Assembly (NCBI GenBank): GCA_028821995.1
Contig: JAPKEQ010000001.1
Location: 5,620 to 69,619 of the forward strand
DNA from: Alphaproteobacteria bacterium
GTDB taxonomy: Bacteria > Pseudomonadota > Alphaproteobacteria > UBA2136 > JAPKEQ01
Reading direction: 5' to 3'
DNA: 64,000 nt
The notes below the pieces were generated by a model, which searched no databases, had not been told where the DNA came from, and worked only from the letters and a program-made list of their open reading frames with translations. Numbering within the stretch: position 1 is the stretch's first letter; each line of letters starts with the position of its first letter. A program made the position numbers and the translations under genes. Of this stretch, positions 33,161 through 43,754 are shown piece by piece.

Positions 33161-35119
33161 ATGAGTGAGTCAATAGAATTATGCGCATTAAGAGAGGGGT
33201 ATTGGGACCTTATAAGTACTTACCCTCCCTCTCAAGAAGGTATCGCAATTAAAGAAGCTGCTAATATCCAAACAGGGTATGCGGCGGTTGCTGTGCTTTC
33301 TGTAGAAAAAATGCACATCGCTTATTACATTACACTTAGAAATATTCCCAAGCCTACATACTATGATATTAGAAAAAGTGTAAAAGCTGAACGTCCGACC
33401 ATGCGTCAAAAAACAAAACCTAAAAAAACTGCTAAACCTGAAAATTCTCAGCATACAACAACGTCAGCATCTGTAGAGAACACACCTAAACCTGTAGCCG
33501 CAGCATTAGAAGATACTCATGAGCTAAGCTTTTTTGAAAAACTTATCGATTCACTGTTTTATCTGCTTACAGGAAAACATGTGAAAGAAAGCCCTCACTC
33601 TAAAACACAAGAAAAAGAGAGCCGTGCAACTTCTGTTACCTCCCAAGATGAACAAACCTTATCAGGTGAACCGGTAACAGCTTCTCAACAAACAGAAGAA
33701 AGCACTCTTGAAAGCCTTCTAGAAACGCAACTTGAAGAAAAATTGGATGCCAATCCCCCCTCTGAAGAGGCAGTGCCAGATGAAGAGGAAATACCCGATA
33801 CAGCACAAGCACCTGATACACATGAAGAGACAAAGGCACCACAACCTCAAGCCGAAATTTCTGCTAAAAACCCTTTCAAAGCAAAGGAAGAGCATAAAAA
33901 CACTTCCAGCCCTCTTATGCAACCGCCAGAGCGCGAAAAGAAAAACGCTGCTCTTAAAAATACAAAGGCTAGCCTGCCCAAAATTGGAGGGGGACATATT
34001 CCAAACCCTTCAACTCCACAAAAATCACAAAGCACACAAGATACAGGCACAGCTTTTTGGAACAACATTGCAGAAGATGATGATGATTTTGAAAGCATAC
34101 GTCTTCAAATTCAAAAAAGCTTATTTGGAGCCATTGAACGCGCCAAGCAGCTGGCCTGGCTACCAGAACAAAGCACAATGCGTGGCACACTACAGCTTGC
34201 ATCTATTCTTCTTATTTGCGGTATTGGTAGAAAACTTTGCTCTCATGTTGGCGTCCCTGGTGGGCTTGGCAATCAAGTCATTGCAGATACACTTGAGCAA
34301 CTCGGCCTTTCTGATAAGCAAGCTTTTATCTGCGCACTCCACGTAGATCGAATACTCAGCGATCATAAAAACAACCTCATGTATCTTATTGGCCGCGCCT
34401 ACGGAGCCAACATTTTAAACGACACGGAGCAGCGCATTGACTTGCTCAGTATTTTTAACGCATGGGAAGCTAACGAACTTGAAAAATATTTTGACGTTGA
34501 TGAAGAAAAAAACACAGCTAAACTATCTAAACTGCCTTATCTAAAAGCAATTTCTATTCTCCTTACTGACATTGTGAACTTCACAGGTCAAAGCAATGAA
34601 AAAGGTGAAAAATGGGTTAAAGATGTTGTACATGCCCATAACCGCATGACAAAAACAATAACAGTCCATCAAAAAGGAGAGTATATCCAAGGAACTGGTG
34701 ATGGCGCCCTCCTTATTTTCACATCACCCCAAGCTGCAATGCATGCCGCCCTGGAGCTTCAATTTATGCATCAAAATTTCTGCAGGCGTGTGGCAAGTAG
34801 ACATTTTGATATTAGAGTTGCCGTAAGCCACGGTATTCCTATTCAAACACAGTCAGGTTTGCATGGTCCTCCTATTGAAGAGCTACATATGATCCATAAA
34901 GAAATGGGTGATATTGGCATTGCTGTAACAAAGGGCATAGCAAATATTGCAGAGCAACACGGGTTCCAATTTAATTTAAACGAAGAGACAGCCTTCCCCA
35001 TTTATGAATTTACAACATACACAGGAGCTCATACAGTAAGCGACAAAGACCAGACAAAAGAACAACACGCTGAAACTCCCGCAGAGAAGATGCAAGAAGA
35101 AGGACAACAACACGTATGA
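33161..35119 (+). CDS. Class III nucleotide cyclase-domain protein, partly degenerate
   Basis: LLTDIVNFT and GTGDG retained; long acidic low-complexity linker. Confidence 0.85.
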   Translation: MSESIELCALREGYWDLISTYPPSQEGIAIKEAANIQTGYAAVAVLSVEKMHIAYYITLRNIPKPTYYDIRKSVKAERPTMRQKTKPKKTAKPENSQHTTTSASVENTPKPVAAALEDTHELSFFEKLIDSLFYLLTGKHVKESPHSKTQEKESRATSVTSQDEQTLSGEPVTASQQTEESTLESLLETQLEEKLDANPPSEEAVPDEEEIPDTAQAPDTHEETKAPQPQAEISAKNPFKAKEEHKNTSSPLMQPPEREKKNAALKNTKASLPKIGGGHIPNPSTPQKSQSTQDTGTAFWNNIAEDDDDFESIRLQIQKSLFGAIERAKQLAWLPEQSTMRGTLQLASILLICGIGRKLCSHVGVPGGLGNQVIADTLEQLGLSDKQAFICALHVDRILSDHKNNLMYLIGRAYGANILNDTEQRIDLLSIFNAWEANELEKYFDVDEEKNTAKLSKLPYLKAISILLTDIVNFTGQSNEKGEKWVKDVVHAHNRMTKTITVHQKGEYIQGTGDGALLIFTSPQAAMHAALELQFMHQNFCRRVASRHFDIRVAVSHGIPIQTQSGLHGPPIEELHMIHKEMGDIGIAVTKGIANIAEQHGFQFNLNEETAFPIYEFTTYTGAHTVSDKDQTKEQHAETPAEKMQEEGQQHV

Positions 35120-36624
35120 GCATTGACCTCTGCATTTTAAGACAAGGCGCTTGGGAAATTCATTCTACTTACTCTCCGGGAGAGTCAGAAAAAGCCGTAC
35201 AAGATGCCATTCGCTACAAGCAAGAAAAAGCCTACACTGGCGTTGTTGTTATTGATGATAGAACAAAGAGCGTTTTATACGGCTATACATCTTCTGGAAA
35301 ACCAGCATTTGACACAGTGGTAAAAAGCCTTAAAGAAGGCAAAAAAAACCTACGTGTTCAAAGCATGCAAACAAACATGAAAAACAAACCTGCAAAACAA
35401 GCCGCAAGCCCAAGCACCCCAAACCCAATCCAAACCAACAGCAAGCTTAACTCTGTCATGAGCGTGAGTATGCTATCTCTCATTATTGCCGTTACCATTT
35501 TTATGGTTCTACTCAACGTATTTAATGATCTTACCTCAGCACTTGTTGGCGCTATTTTTACAGCGGTATCGGCACTTATTGCATTTAAAATAGCAAATTT
35601 TGACCCCAGCACATCCATTGAAACTGTCGCTAAAATTGTTGCTACAAAAATGCACATCGGAGCTTCTGCCGAAGCACTTGATATGGAAAATGACAACTTA
35701 AGCATTAAAGATCACATTCAAAATGTTGTAGATTCCGCCGTACAAGGGGTTTGGAATGAAGAGCAAGAAGAAGCACCAAAAGAATCTGCGCTTGGCATTA
35801 TTCTTTTATGCTCTGGCGTCATAGAACATATCCACCAGGCACAAAACTACAAACGTCTTGTACTTATTGAAATGGCGAGCGATATCATTGAAGACTCTAA
35901 ATTCTCAATTCCCAAAGCAAGCACTGTCGCTTGCTACAAAAACATACTTGAATACCTTGCCTATCCTCGTTATTCCAGCATGTACGACATGGGGTATCAA
36001 CTTTCTAAAAAATTCAGCGCTAGCAAGGATACTGAAACCCTTAACTTGCAGGTTAGCCAAGCTTTTGAAGCTTGGTCCTCTCATCAAGATGTCACAGCAA
36101 GCCACAATGCGGCCGCAGCCATTTTATTTACAGATATTGTAGATTTTACATCCACACATCAGGACCGTGGAGATAACTGGATGATGCGCATATTAAACGC
36201 GCATAACGATGCCGTACGCGAAGGCCTCCATGTTACTGGCGGACGGGAAATTAAACACACAGGAGATGGCATCATGGCATCCTTCCAGTCTGTTAAAGAT
36301 GCCCTTGATGCTGCTATTGTTGCACAACGTAAAATTAATGAATTTAACATTGCCCATGAATCTGAGCGCTTTGAAGTACGTGTCGGCATTAGCTATGGAG
36401 AGCCTGTACACATCGGAGGTGACCTTTTTGGGACACCTGTAAATAAGGCCGCTCGCGTTCTTTCTAATACTCATGGAGAAGAAATTGCAATGTCTTCAGA
36501 AGCCTGGCTTGAAGCAAAGAGCTACGGATATACTGCAAAAGAAACAACTGGGGTTGAATTCAAAGGATTTGATGGCATTCACAGCCTCTTTAAGATCAAT
36601 TGGAAAGAGGCTGAGCAAAGCTGA
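35116..36624 (+). CDS. Membrane-anchored class III adenylate cyclase
   Basis: LFTDIVDFT, IKHTGDG, GDLFGTPVNKAAR, FKG; two TM helices. Confidence 0.92.
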   Translation: MSIDLCILRQGAWEIHSTYSPGESEKAVQDAIRYKQEKAYTGVVVIDDRTKSVLYGYTSSGKPAFDTVVKSLKEGKKNLRVQSMQTNMKNKPAKQAASPSTPNPIQTNSKLNSVMSVSMLSLIIAVTIFMVLLNVFNDLTSALVGAIFTAVSALIAFKIANFDPSTSIETVAKIVATKMHIGASAEALDMENDNLSIKDHIQNVVDSAVQGVWNEEQEEAPKESALGIILLCSGVIEHIHQAQNYKRLVLIEMASDIIEDSKFSIPKASTVACYKNILEYLAYPRYSSMYDMGYQLSKKFSASKDTETLNLQVSQAFEAWSSHQDVTASHNAAAAILFTDIVDFTSTHQDRGDNWMMRILNAHNDAVREGLHVTGGREIKHTGDGIMASFQSVKDALDAAIVAQRKINEFNIAHESERFEVRVGISYGEPVHIGGDLFGTPVNKAARVLSNTHGEEIAMSSEAWLEAKSYGYTAKETTGVEFKGFDGIHSLFKINWKEAEQS

Positions 36625-36737
36625 CAAGCTTGACTTCCAGCCTAAAACCCCTTAAAACATTTCTATATAGAACAAATATTGTCCCATATATATGAACATA
36701 TGCGGACAAGAGTGCAAAATAAACAGGGTAAATTGCA

Positions 36738-37202
36738 ATGATGAAGCTGAGTAAGATGTCAGATTATGCCGTTGTCATGATGACTCTCATGGGTGCGGAC
36801 CCTCTCGCAAATCACACAGCAACTACAGTTGCAGAAAAAAGCGGCCTTACGGTTCCTACTGTAAGAAAACTCATGAAGATGCTTTCAAAGGCTGGTCTAT
36901 TAAACTCCACACGTGGTGTTAATGGTGGCTATACCTTTGCTAAAAACCCAAACATGATTAATGTCTCTGAAATTATTGAAGCTGTTGATGGCCCTATTGC
37001 TATGACCACATGCCTTGACCGCACACAAACAACTTGTGTTATGGATAGCCACTGCCCAACAAAAGATCGTTGGCACGTGATAAATGACGCTGTACGCACA
37101 GCCCTACAAGCGGTAACACTTGGCCAATTTATTGAACCAACAAATCCGCTGGTTCGTGTTGAATTTGATGAAGAATGTAAAGATAATGCCTGCAATGTCT
37201 AA
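36738..37202 (+). CDS. Rrf2/IscR-family SUF regulator
   Basis: STRGVNGGY, three Cys, first gene of the suf operon. Confidence 0.92.
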   Translation: MMKLSKMSDYAVVMMTLMGADPLANHTATTVAEKSGLTVPTVRKLMKMLSKAGLLNSTRGVNGGYTFAKNPNMINVSEIIEAVDGPIAMTTCLDRTQTTCVMDSHCPTKDRWHVINDAVRTALQAVTLGQFIEPTNPLVRVEFDEECKDNACNV

Positions 37203-38643
37203 CGATACCTACGGCTCTAAAGAAGCCACTTCTGGCGATTATCAGTACGGTTTTGCTACTGATATCGAAATGGAATATGCCCCAAAGGGCCTTAATGAAG
37301 ATATCATTCGCTTTATTAGCGCCAAAAAGAACGAGCCTGAATGGATGCTTGAATGGCGCCTTAAATCTTATAAAATTTGGAAAAGCAAAGCAGAGCCAAA
37401 ATGGGCGATGGTTGATTACCCGCCTATCGATTTTAATGATATTTATTACTATGCAGCACCTAAAAGCCAAGAAGATGGACCTAAAAGCCTAGATGAGGTT
37501 GATCCTGAACTTCTTAGAACTTATGAGAAACTTGGCATTCCCCTTCATGAGCAAGAAATCCTTGCAGGCGTTGCCGTAGACGCTGTTTTTGACAGTGTGT
37601 CTGTTGCAACAACGTTTAAAGATAAACTTGCAGAAGCGGGGGTTATTTTTTGCCCAATTAGCGAAGCCATTCAAGAACACCCTGAGCTTATTCAAAAATA
37701 TCTCGGTAGCGTCGTTCCACAAACAGACAATGCTTACGCTGCTCTTAATGGTGCCGTCTTTACAGATGGTTCATTTGTTTACATCCCTGAAGGCGTGCGC
37801 TGCCCTATGGAGCTCTCAACATATTTCCGTATCAACGCCCTTAATACAGGTCAGTTTGAGCGCACACTTATCATTGCCGATAAAGGCAGTTACGTCAGCT
37901 ATCTAGAAGGCTGCACTGCGCCTATGCGTGACGAAAATCAGCTCCACGCCGCGGTAGTAGAACTTGTTGCCCTTGATGACGCCGAAATTAAATATTCTAC
38001 AGTCCAAAACTGGTACCCAGGCAATGAAGAAGGCAAAGGCGGAATTTATAACTTTGTAACAAAACGTGCAGACTGTATCGGTAAAAATAGTAAAGTAACT
38101 TGGATACAAGTTGAGACAGGGAGCGCCATCACTTGGAAGTACCCGTCTTGCATCCTAACTGGTGACGGCAGCTCTGGTAAGTTCCTCAGCGTTGCTGTAA
38201 CGCGCCTCAAACAGCAAGCTGATACAGGGAGTAAAATGATTCACATTGGTAAAAATACCAAGAGTACCATCATCTCTAAAGGCATTAGCGCTGAGCGCGG
38301 AGAAAACACTTACCGTGGCCGTGTGGCTGTTATGAATAGCGCTAAAGGTGCGCGTAACTACACCCAATGTGACAGTATGCTTATTGGTAATAATTGCGCT
38401 GCTCACACCGTGCCTTATATTGATGTTAAAACATCAGATGCACAGGTGGAGCACGAAGCAACAACCTCTAAAATTAGTGAAGAGCAAATGTTCTATTTGC
38501 GCCAACGCGGCATGACAGAAGAGGACGCTGTGAGTATGATTGTGAACGGGTTTGCAAAAGATGTTCTGCAGGAGCTTCCAATGGAATTTGCAGTAGAAGC
38601 ACAAAAACTTCTCGGAATTACACTTGAAAATAGCGTTGGCTAG
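37186..38643 (+). CDS. sufB: Fe-S assembly scaffold SufB
   Basis: [34 protein letters not shown]. Confidence 0.98.
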   Translation: MPAMSNDTYGSKEATSGDYQYGFATDIEMEYAPKGLNEDIIRFISAKKNEPEWMLEWRLKSYKIWKSKAEPKWAMVDYPPIDFNDIYYYAAPKSQEDGPKSLDEVDPELLRTYEKLGIPLHEQEILAGVAVDAVFDSVSVATTFKDKLAEAGVIFCPISEAIQEHPELIQKYLGSVVPQTDNAYAALNGAVFTDGSFVYIPEGVRCPMELSTYFRINALNTGQFERTLIIADKGSYVSYLEGCTAPMRDENQLHAAVVELVALDDAEIKYSTVQNWYPGNEEGKGGIYNFVTKRADCIGKNSKVTWIQVETGSAITWKYPSCILTGDGSSGKFLSVAVTRLKQQADTGSKMIHIGKNTKSTIISKGISAERGENTYRGRVAVMNSAKGARNYTQCDSMLIGNNCAAHTVPYIDVKTSDAQVEHEATTSKISEEQMFYLRQRGMTEEDAVSMIVNGFAKDVLQELPMEFAVEAQKLLGITLENSVG

Positions 38644-38660
38644 TAATAAGGAAAAAAGCA

Positions 38661-39410
38661 ATGATTGAAATCAAAAACCTACACGCTCGCGTGGATGACA
38701 AAGAAATTCTCAAAGGCCTTAGCCTGACTATTCCTAATGGTGAAGTTCATGCCATCATGGGCCCAAACGGTGCTGGTAAGAGTACTCTTGCCAATGTTAT
38801 TTCTGGCAAGGATGGCTATGAAATTACTGAAGGTGATATTCTTTTCCACGGGCAAAGCGTACTTGAAATGGAGCCTGAAGAACGTGCTCATCTTGGCCTC
38901 TTCCTTGCTTTCCAATACCCTGTAGAAATTCCTGGTGTAAACAGCATGACATTCCTACGTACAGCCCTTAATGCTAAACGTAAGGCAAATGGTGAAGCTG
39001 AACTAGACGGCGCAGAATTTCTTCGCATTGTTAAAACAGCCATGAAAAATCTTAAAATCAAAGATGACTTCCTGAAACGTTCTGTTAACGTTGGTTTTTC
39101 AGGCGGTGAGAAAAAACGTTTTGAAATCCTTCAGATGCAAGTGCTAAGCCCAACTTTTGCTGTACTTGATGAAACAGATTCAGGCCTTGATATTGATGCC
39201 CTTAAAGTGGTGGCTGAAGGCGTAAACATGCTCCGAGATCCTTCTCGTAGCTTTCTTGTTATTACGCACTACCAGCGTCTTCTTGATTATATTGAACCTG
39301 ATGTCGTGCATATTCTCGCAGATGGTAAAATTCAAAAAACAGGTGATAAAAACCTTGCCCTTGAACTTGAAGAAAAAGGTTATGACGCCGTGATCGGGGA
39401 TGCAGCCTAA
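38661..39410 (+). CDS. sufC: Fe-S assembly ATPase SufC
   Basis: GPNGAGKS, FSGGEKKR, DETDSGLD. Confidence 0.98.
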   Translation: MIEIKNLHARVDDKEILKGLSLTIPNGEVHAIMGPNGAGKSTLANVISGKDGYEITEGDILFHGQSVLEMEPEERAHLGLFLAFQYPVEIPGVNSMTFLRTALNAKRKANGEAELDGAEFLRIVKTAMKNLKIKDDFLKRSVNVGFSGGEKKRFEILQMQVLSPTFAVLDETDSGLDIDALKVVAEGVNMLRDPSRSFLVITHYQRLLDYIEPDVVHILADGKIQKTGDKNLALELEEKGYDAVIGDAA

Positions 39411-40612
39411 TGACGCTGATTGACACACTTAAAAGCACTCTGGCAGACGATACATCTGCCAATGCTAAGCTCTTTTTAGACAATGGTATTCCTACGCCTA
39501 AAATTGAGAAATGGCATTACACAAATTTAAATAACATCATGCGCACAACATGGCCATTTCAAAAGGCTAGCCACGCAAGCCAACAGTCTTGCGGCGAAAG
39601 TGACATTCGTTTTTTTGATGGCCACGCTACAGTTTGCAGTGTACCAGATGGCGTGACGATTCTTGCAGAGCGTGAAGCCTCAGCCCACCCAATTTTGCAA
39701 AGCATGCGTACGCAGGAGTTTTCAAAAAGAGATGAAAGCCTGGCCGCGCTCTCACATAGCCAAAGCACGCCCCTCTTTATTCTTGTTGATAAGAAGGTTG
39801 AAGCCACCTTGGTTTTAGAAAATTTCAGCATGCTCAAGGAGTCAGTGAACTTCCCTCACCTTTGTATCGCGGTTACAGAAGCTGCCAGCCTTACACTTTC
39901 TAGCCACAGCCATAGCGCTGGCGAAGCATGGAGCAATATTCTTACTCAAATCCATATTGCAAATGACGCAAGCCTTACACTTATGAACCTGCAAAACGAG
40001 CGCAAAGATACCGCTCATACATCCCATACATTTATTCAAGCAGAAGAAGGCAGCGCGCTTAATATTTATGGCATGAATATTGGTGGATCACTGGGACGAC
40101 AAACCATAGATATTGATCTTAATGGTAAAAATATTCAAACCAATATTGCTGCTGCAAACCTTGCAGATGGCAAACAAACACAAGACTTTACAATCCACAT
40201 GAATCACAATCATCCTTCCTGTGATACAAATGTATTTTCTCGTAATGTATGCCGCGGTCGGGGGCAAAGCGTATTCCAAGGTAAGTTCTATGTGGCACAG
40301 CAAGCTCAGCAAACAGATGCAGAAATGAGCTGCAAATCTCTACTGCTCTCTGATCGCGCACGCGCTGATAGTAAACCTGAACTTGAAATTTATGCAGACG
40401 ATGTAAAATGCGGACATGGAGCAACAGTAGGTACGCTTGATAGTGAATCTCTTTTCTATCTTATGGCACGTGGCGTTCCACGCAAGGACGCTGAAAATCT
40501 ACTGGTAGAAGGCTTTATTGAAGAGATGCTGACACGCATACCCGATGATGCAACAGCTAAAATTTGGCGCGCTCATTTTGCTGCATGGCTTGCGGCAACA
40601 TACGAAGGGTAG
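39410..40612 (+). CDS. sufD: Fe-S assembly protein SufD
   Basis: EKWHYT, KPELEIYADDVKCGHGATVG. Confidence 0.95.
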   Translation: MTLIDTLKSTLADDTSANAKLFLDNGIPTPKIEKWHYTNLNNIMRTTWPFQKASHASQQSCGESDIRFFDGHATVCSVPDGVTILAEREASAHPILQSMRTQEFSKRDESLAALSHSQSTPLFILVDKKVEATLVLENFSMLKESVNFPHLCIAVTEAASLTLSSHSHSAGEAWSNILTQIHIANDASLTLMNLQNERKDTAHTSHTFIQAEEGSALNIYGMNIGGSLGRQTIDIDLNGKNIQTNIAAANLADGKQTQDFTIHMNHNHPSCDTNVFSRNVCRGRGQSVFQGKFYVAQQAQQTDAEMSCKSLLLSDRARADSKPELEIYADDVKCGHGATVGTLDSESLFYLMARGVPRKDAENLLVEGFIEEMLTRIPDDATAKIWRAHFAAWLAATYEG

Positions 40613-40617
40613 CCGCT

Positions 40618-41820
40618 GTGGAAAGCTTTAAGCACCACTTCCCTATTTTTGAAAACGAGAGTAACCAAGCTCTTGCTTATTTTGACAGCGCCTCAAGCGC
40701 TCAAAAACCGAAGCACGTTATTGAAGTTATGAATCGTTTCCAAACATCATCTTACGCCAATGTGCACCGCGGCCTATATAGGCTCTCTGCTGAATCTACA
40801 ACAGCCTATGAAAATGCACGAAGAACCGTTGCAAATTTTATTGGTACAGATGAAAATCATATTGTATTTACACGCAGCGCCACTGAAGCTATTAACCTTA
40901 TAGCCAATACTTGGGGTACGCAGCATATTAAGGCTGGCGACATCATTCTCCTCACTGAAATGGAGCACCATGCCAATATTGTGCCTTGGGTTATGCTTGC
41001 AAAACAGGCTGGTGCTAAAGTAGAGTATGCCTCGCTTCTACCTGATGGCTCACTTGATATGAAATCTTATGAAAAAGCTCTAGAGAACAATCCTAAACTT
41101 GTCGCTTTTACTCATGTTTCTAATGTTTTAGGCACCATTAATTCTGTTAAAGATATGGTTTCACAGGCGCATAATGCTGGTGCAATAACTGTTATTGACG
41201 GCAGTCAAGCTGCACCTCATATAAGACTTAATATGGTAGATATTGATAGCGATTTTTACGTTTTCACAGGCCATAAAAATTATGGCCCTACAGGCACGGG
41301 TGTTCTCTACGGTAAAAAAGAGCTTCTAGACGCAATGCCTCCTTGGCAAGGCGGCGGTGACATGATTGAAACTGTCGCATTTGATAATATTACCTTTGCA
41401 AAAGCTCCTGCAAAATTTGAAGCAGGCACACCCAATATTGTTGGCACTGTTGGCCTTGCTGCTTCTATTGAGTTTTTAAATGCGCTCGGATGGGGTGTAA
41501 TTGAAACCCATGAAAAAGCGTTATCAGAAAAGCTAGAAGCAGAACTTATAAATTTTAACGGCCTTACGCTCTATAGCCGCGCTGTAAATAAAATTGGCGT
41601 CTTTTCTTTTAATTTAAACGGCATCCACAGCAGTGACGTTGCTATGGTTCTTGATAAATGCAACGTTGCCGTCCGTACAGGGCACCATTGCGCCCAGCCC
41701 CTTATGAAAGCACTTGGTACAGAACATACCATTCGTGCAAGTATTGGCCTTAGTACAACTGAAGACGATATTGACCAGCTTATTTCATCACTGCACAAAG
41801 CTCAAAAGATGCTAGGTTAG
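40618..41820 (+). CDS. sufS: Cysteine desulfurase SufS
   Basis: YFDSASSAQKP, FTGHK, RTGHHCAQP; GTG start at 40618. Confidence 0.96.
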   Translation: MESFKHHFPIFENESNQALAYFDSASSAQKPKHVIEVMNRFQTSSYANVHRGLYRLSAESTTAYENARRTVANFIGTDENHIVFTRSATEAINLIANTWGTQHIKAGDIILLTEMEHHANIVPWVMLAKQAGAKVEYASLLPDGSLDMKSYEKALENNPKLVAFTHVSNVLGTINSVKDMVSQAHNAGAITVIDGSQAAPHIRLNMVDIDSDFYVFTGHKNYGPTGTGVLYGKKELLDAMPPWQGGGDMIETVAFDNITFAKAPAKFEAGTPNIVGTVGLAASIEFLNALGWGVIETHEKALSEKLEAELINFNGLTLYSRAVNKIGVFSFNLNGIHSSDVAMVLDKCNVAVRTGHHCAQPLMKALGTEHTIRASIGLSTTEDDIDQLISSLHKAQKMLG

Positions 41821-41824
41821 GCGT

Positions 41825-42190
41825 ATGAGTAAAGTCAAAATTGAGTTCACAGGCCTGCCTGAAGTTGAAAAAAAACCAGCAGAGTCTAGCCCGCTTAAAG
41901 AGCGCGTTATCTACGCCCTGCGTAACGTGTTTGACCCCGAGCTACCAGTAAACGTATATGACCTGAAACTTATCTACGATATTCGTATCGATAGCCATAA
42001 TAAGGTAGATATAGATATGACACTCACAAACCCAAACTGCCCAGTGGCAGATCAAATCCCCAAAGATGTTGAGGATGGTGTACGTAAAGTAGATGGTATC
42101 ACAGATGTTAGCGTCACGATGGTTTGGGAACCCACATGGCATAAAGACATGCTTAGTGATGATATTAAACTTGAACTTGGGCTTCTCTAG
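41825..42190 (+). CDS. DUF59/SufT Fe-S assembly protein
   Basis: DPELPVN, MTLTNPNCPVA, WEPTW. Confidence 0.92.
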   Translation: MSKVKIEFTGLPEVEKKPAESSPLKERVIYALRNVFDPELPVNVYDLKLIYDIRIDSHNKVDIDMTLTNPNCPVADQIPKDVEDGVRKVDGITDVSVTMVWEPTWHKDMLSDDIKLELGLL

Positions 42191-42199
42191 GAGAAAAAA

Positions 42200-42541
42200 A
42201 TGACTGATACAAAAGCACCCATTACACTCACACTCGCCGCTGTCGAAAGGCTTAAAGAGATTGTATCAAAAGCCGAAGGCACCGTAATTGCCCTACGCAT
42301 TAGCGTCAATAAAAAAGGCTGCAACGGCCTTGGTTATGAACTGAGTTACGTAGAAAAAGCAGACGATAAAGATATTAAAATTGAGCAAGATGGCGTTATC
42401 GTCTACCTCGATCCAGCTGCCTCTCTCTACCTGTACGGTTCTACCATGGATTTTGTCACAGAAAAACTTAGAAGCGCCTTTGAATTTATTAACCCGAATG
42501 AAAAAAGCCGCTGCGGCTGCGGGGAAAGCTTTAACGTGTAA
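42200..42541 (+). CDS. iscA: HesB/IscA A-type Fe-S carrier
   Basis: GCNG, NPNEKSRCGCGESF. Confidence 0.93.
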   Translation: MTDTKAPITLTLAAVERLKEIVSKAEGTVIALRISVNKKGCNGLGYELSYVEKADDKDIKIEQDGVIVYLDPAASLYLYGSTMDFVTEKLRSAFEFINPNEKSRCGCGESFNV

Positions 42542-42553
42542 CTCTCTCATATT

Positions 42554-42579
42554 AAAAAACCGCCCCGAAGGGCGGTTTT
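42554..42579. repeat. 26-bp terminator repeat, copy 1
   Basis: AAAAAACCGCCCCGAAGGGCGGTTTT, identical to 43193-43218. Confidence 0.9.
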
Positions 42580-42588
42580 ATTGTCGAT

Positions 42589-43113
42589 TTAACTACCTTC
42601 ATAGGGCTTTGATACATCAAAAATTAGCATAAAACGCCTACCAGAATAGACATCATCTCCAGGCTCTTGTTTAACATACCCTTGAGAAGGCATATCATCC
42701 AACGTGACGAAGATATCTATTTTTTTACATTTTTTTAAAATGTCTTTATATACAGGGTGTTTTTCAATATCTTGCAAAGTGAGTTGAGGTTCTACATCAG
42801 AAAACCTATCAACTTCACAAATACAATACCTTGTATCTGCTCGAGAAAAAGAGCGGGTAGTCATTGCCACATCTTTTTGGAAAGAATTTAAAGCATCTCC
42901 TAAACAAAAACTCACATGTTTATCTCTTTTTTCTCTAAGCTCATCATTAAGGTTACTATTTTGTAAACACTCTCGAAAAGTTAGAATATTTTTTTCATTA
43001 ACTTGTTCCTCATCACTATATTTAGACTTATGGTTTTCCTTGCCATTTTTTTCCACATAAAGCAATACATACATGACAAGGCATAAAGCCCCCAAGAATA
43101 TAAAGACATCCAT
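42589..43113 (-). CDS. Hypothetical protein with N-terminal TM (accessory unit), AT-rich
   Basis: ATG 43113 behind AATCTTTATTCACGTTTTTAAGGAG; TTGACC-17-TATACA promoter. Confidence 0.72.
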   Translation of the reverse strand: MDVFIFLGALCLVMYVLLYVEKNGKENHKSKYSDEEQVNEKNILTFRECLQNSNLNDELREKRDKHVSFCLGDALNSFQKDVAMTTRSFSRADTRYCICEVDRFSDVEPQLTLQDIEKHPVYKDILKKCKKIDIFVTLDDMPSQGYVKQEPGDDVYSGRRFMLIFDVSKPYEGS

Positions 43114-43192
43114 TGGGTTACTCCTTAAAAACGTGAATAAAGATTTAGTACTAACCGATGTATACACATTCTTTTGTTACGGGTCAACATGA

Positions 43193-43218
43193 AAAAAACC
43201 GCCCCGAAGGGCGGTTTT
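43193..43218. repeat. 26-bp terminator repeat, copy 2
   Basis: Identical to 42554-42579. Confidence 0.9.
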
Positions 43219-43227
43219 TTTCATCGT

Positions 43228-43506
43228 TTAGTGCAGCTCAAAGCGATAAGCCTCTCCGTCAGCGTATAAGCCTTCTATGTGAAAAAGGCCATAGCGCCTT
43301 GGAGAATCCAAAAAAATAGAGGCACTTGTCAGATGTATTATCACACCATACTGCGCCCTATAATAAGTTACGGAAGATCCCTCCATAACCGCAAAACTGC
43401 TGCCATCAGGAAGATAAATTTGATTGCTTACACCGTCCCAAATTTCATCCAAAGAGCCGTTCAGCCCAATGTTATCTTGAAACTGGCTTACTATATATTT
43501 AGACAT
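43228..43506 (-). CDS. Hypothetical protein
   Basis: 92-aa ORF with GAAGGG SD-like sequence and own terminator. Confidence 0.5.
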   Translation of the reverse strand: MSKYIVSQFQDNIGLNGSLDEIWDGVSNQIYLPDGSSFAVMEGSSVTYYRAQYGVIIHLTSASIFLDSPRRYGLFHIEGLYADGEAYRFELH

Positions 43507-43710
43507 TTACACCCTTCCCGTTCAAAGTGCTCAATTGGCAATCCCGTCTGAAAGACACGAAAATAATGAATTAACCACATGATGCAAAAACCTTATCAAA
43601 AAAGTAAATATCGCTATGTGCTAGCATTGGGGTACCCCTAGAAAAACAGCAAAAAGATGAGATATCTTTATCCTTATAAAGGATTATATATCAGCAAGCA
43701 ACCAATACAT

Positions 43711-43738
43711 AAAAAGCCCCGCACATGCGGGGCTTTTT
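43711..43738 (-). terminator. Terminator after fusA
   Basis: AAAAAGCCCCGCA-CA-TGCGGGGCTTTTT. Confidence 0.85.
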
Positions 43739-43754
43739 GCAAAGTTTGCGAGAA

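Noticed and set aside
33732..34346. 204-aa alternative-frame ORF in the first cyclase gene, possible frameshift product
   Set aside because: Main frame is uninterrupted; low-complexity A/C-rich sequence explains the lack of stops
42554..43218. CRISPR repeats
   Set aside because: Only two copies about 640 bp apart enclosing a gene; no cas genes
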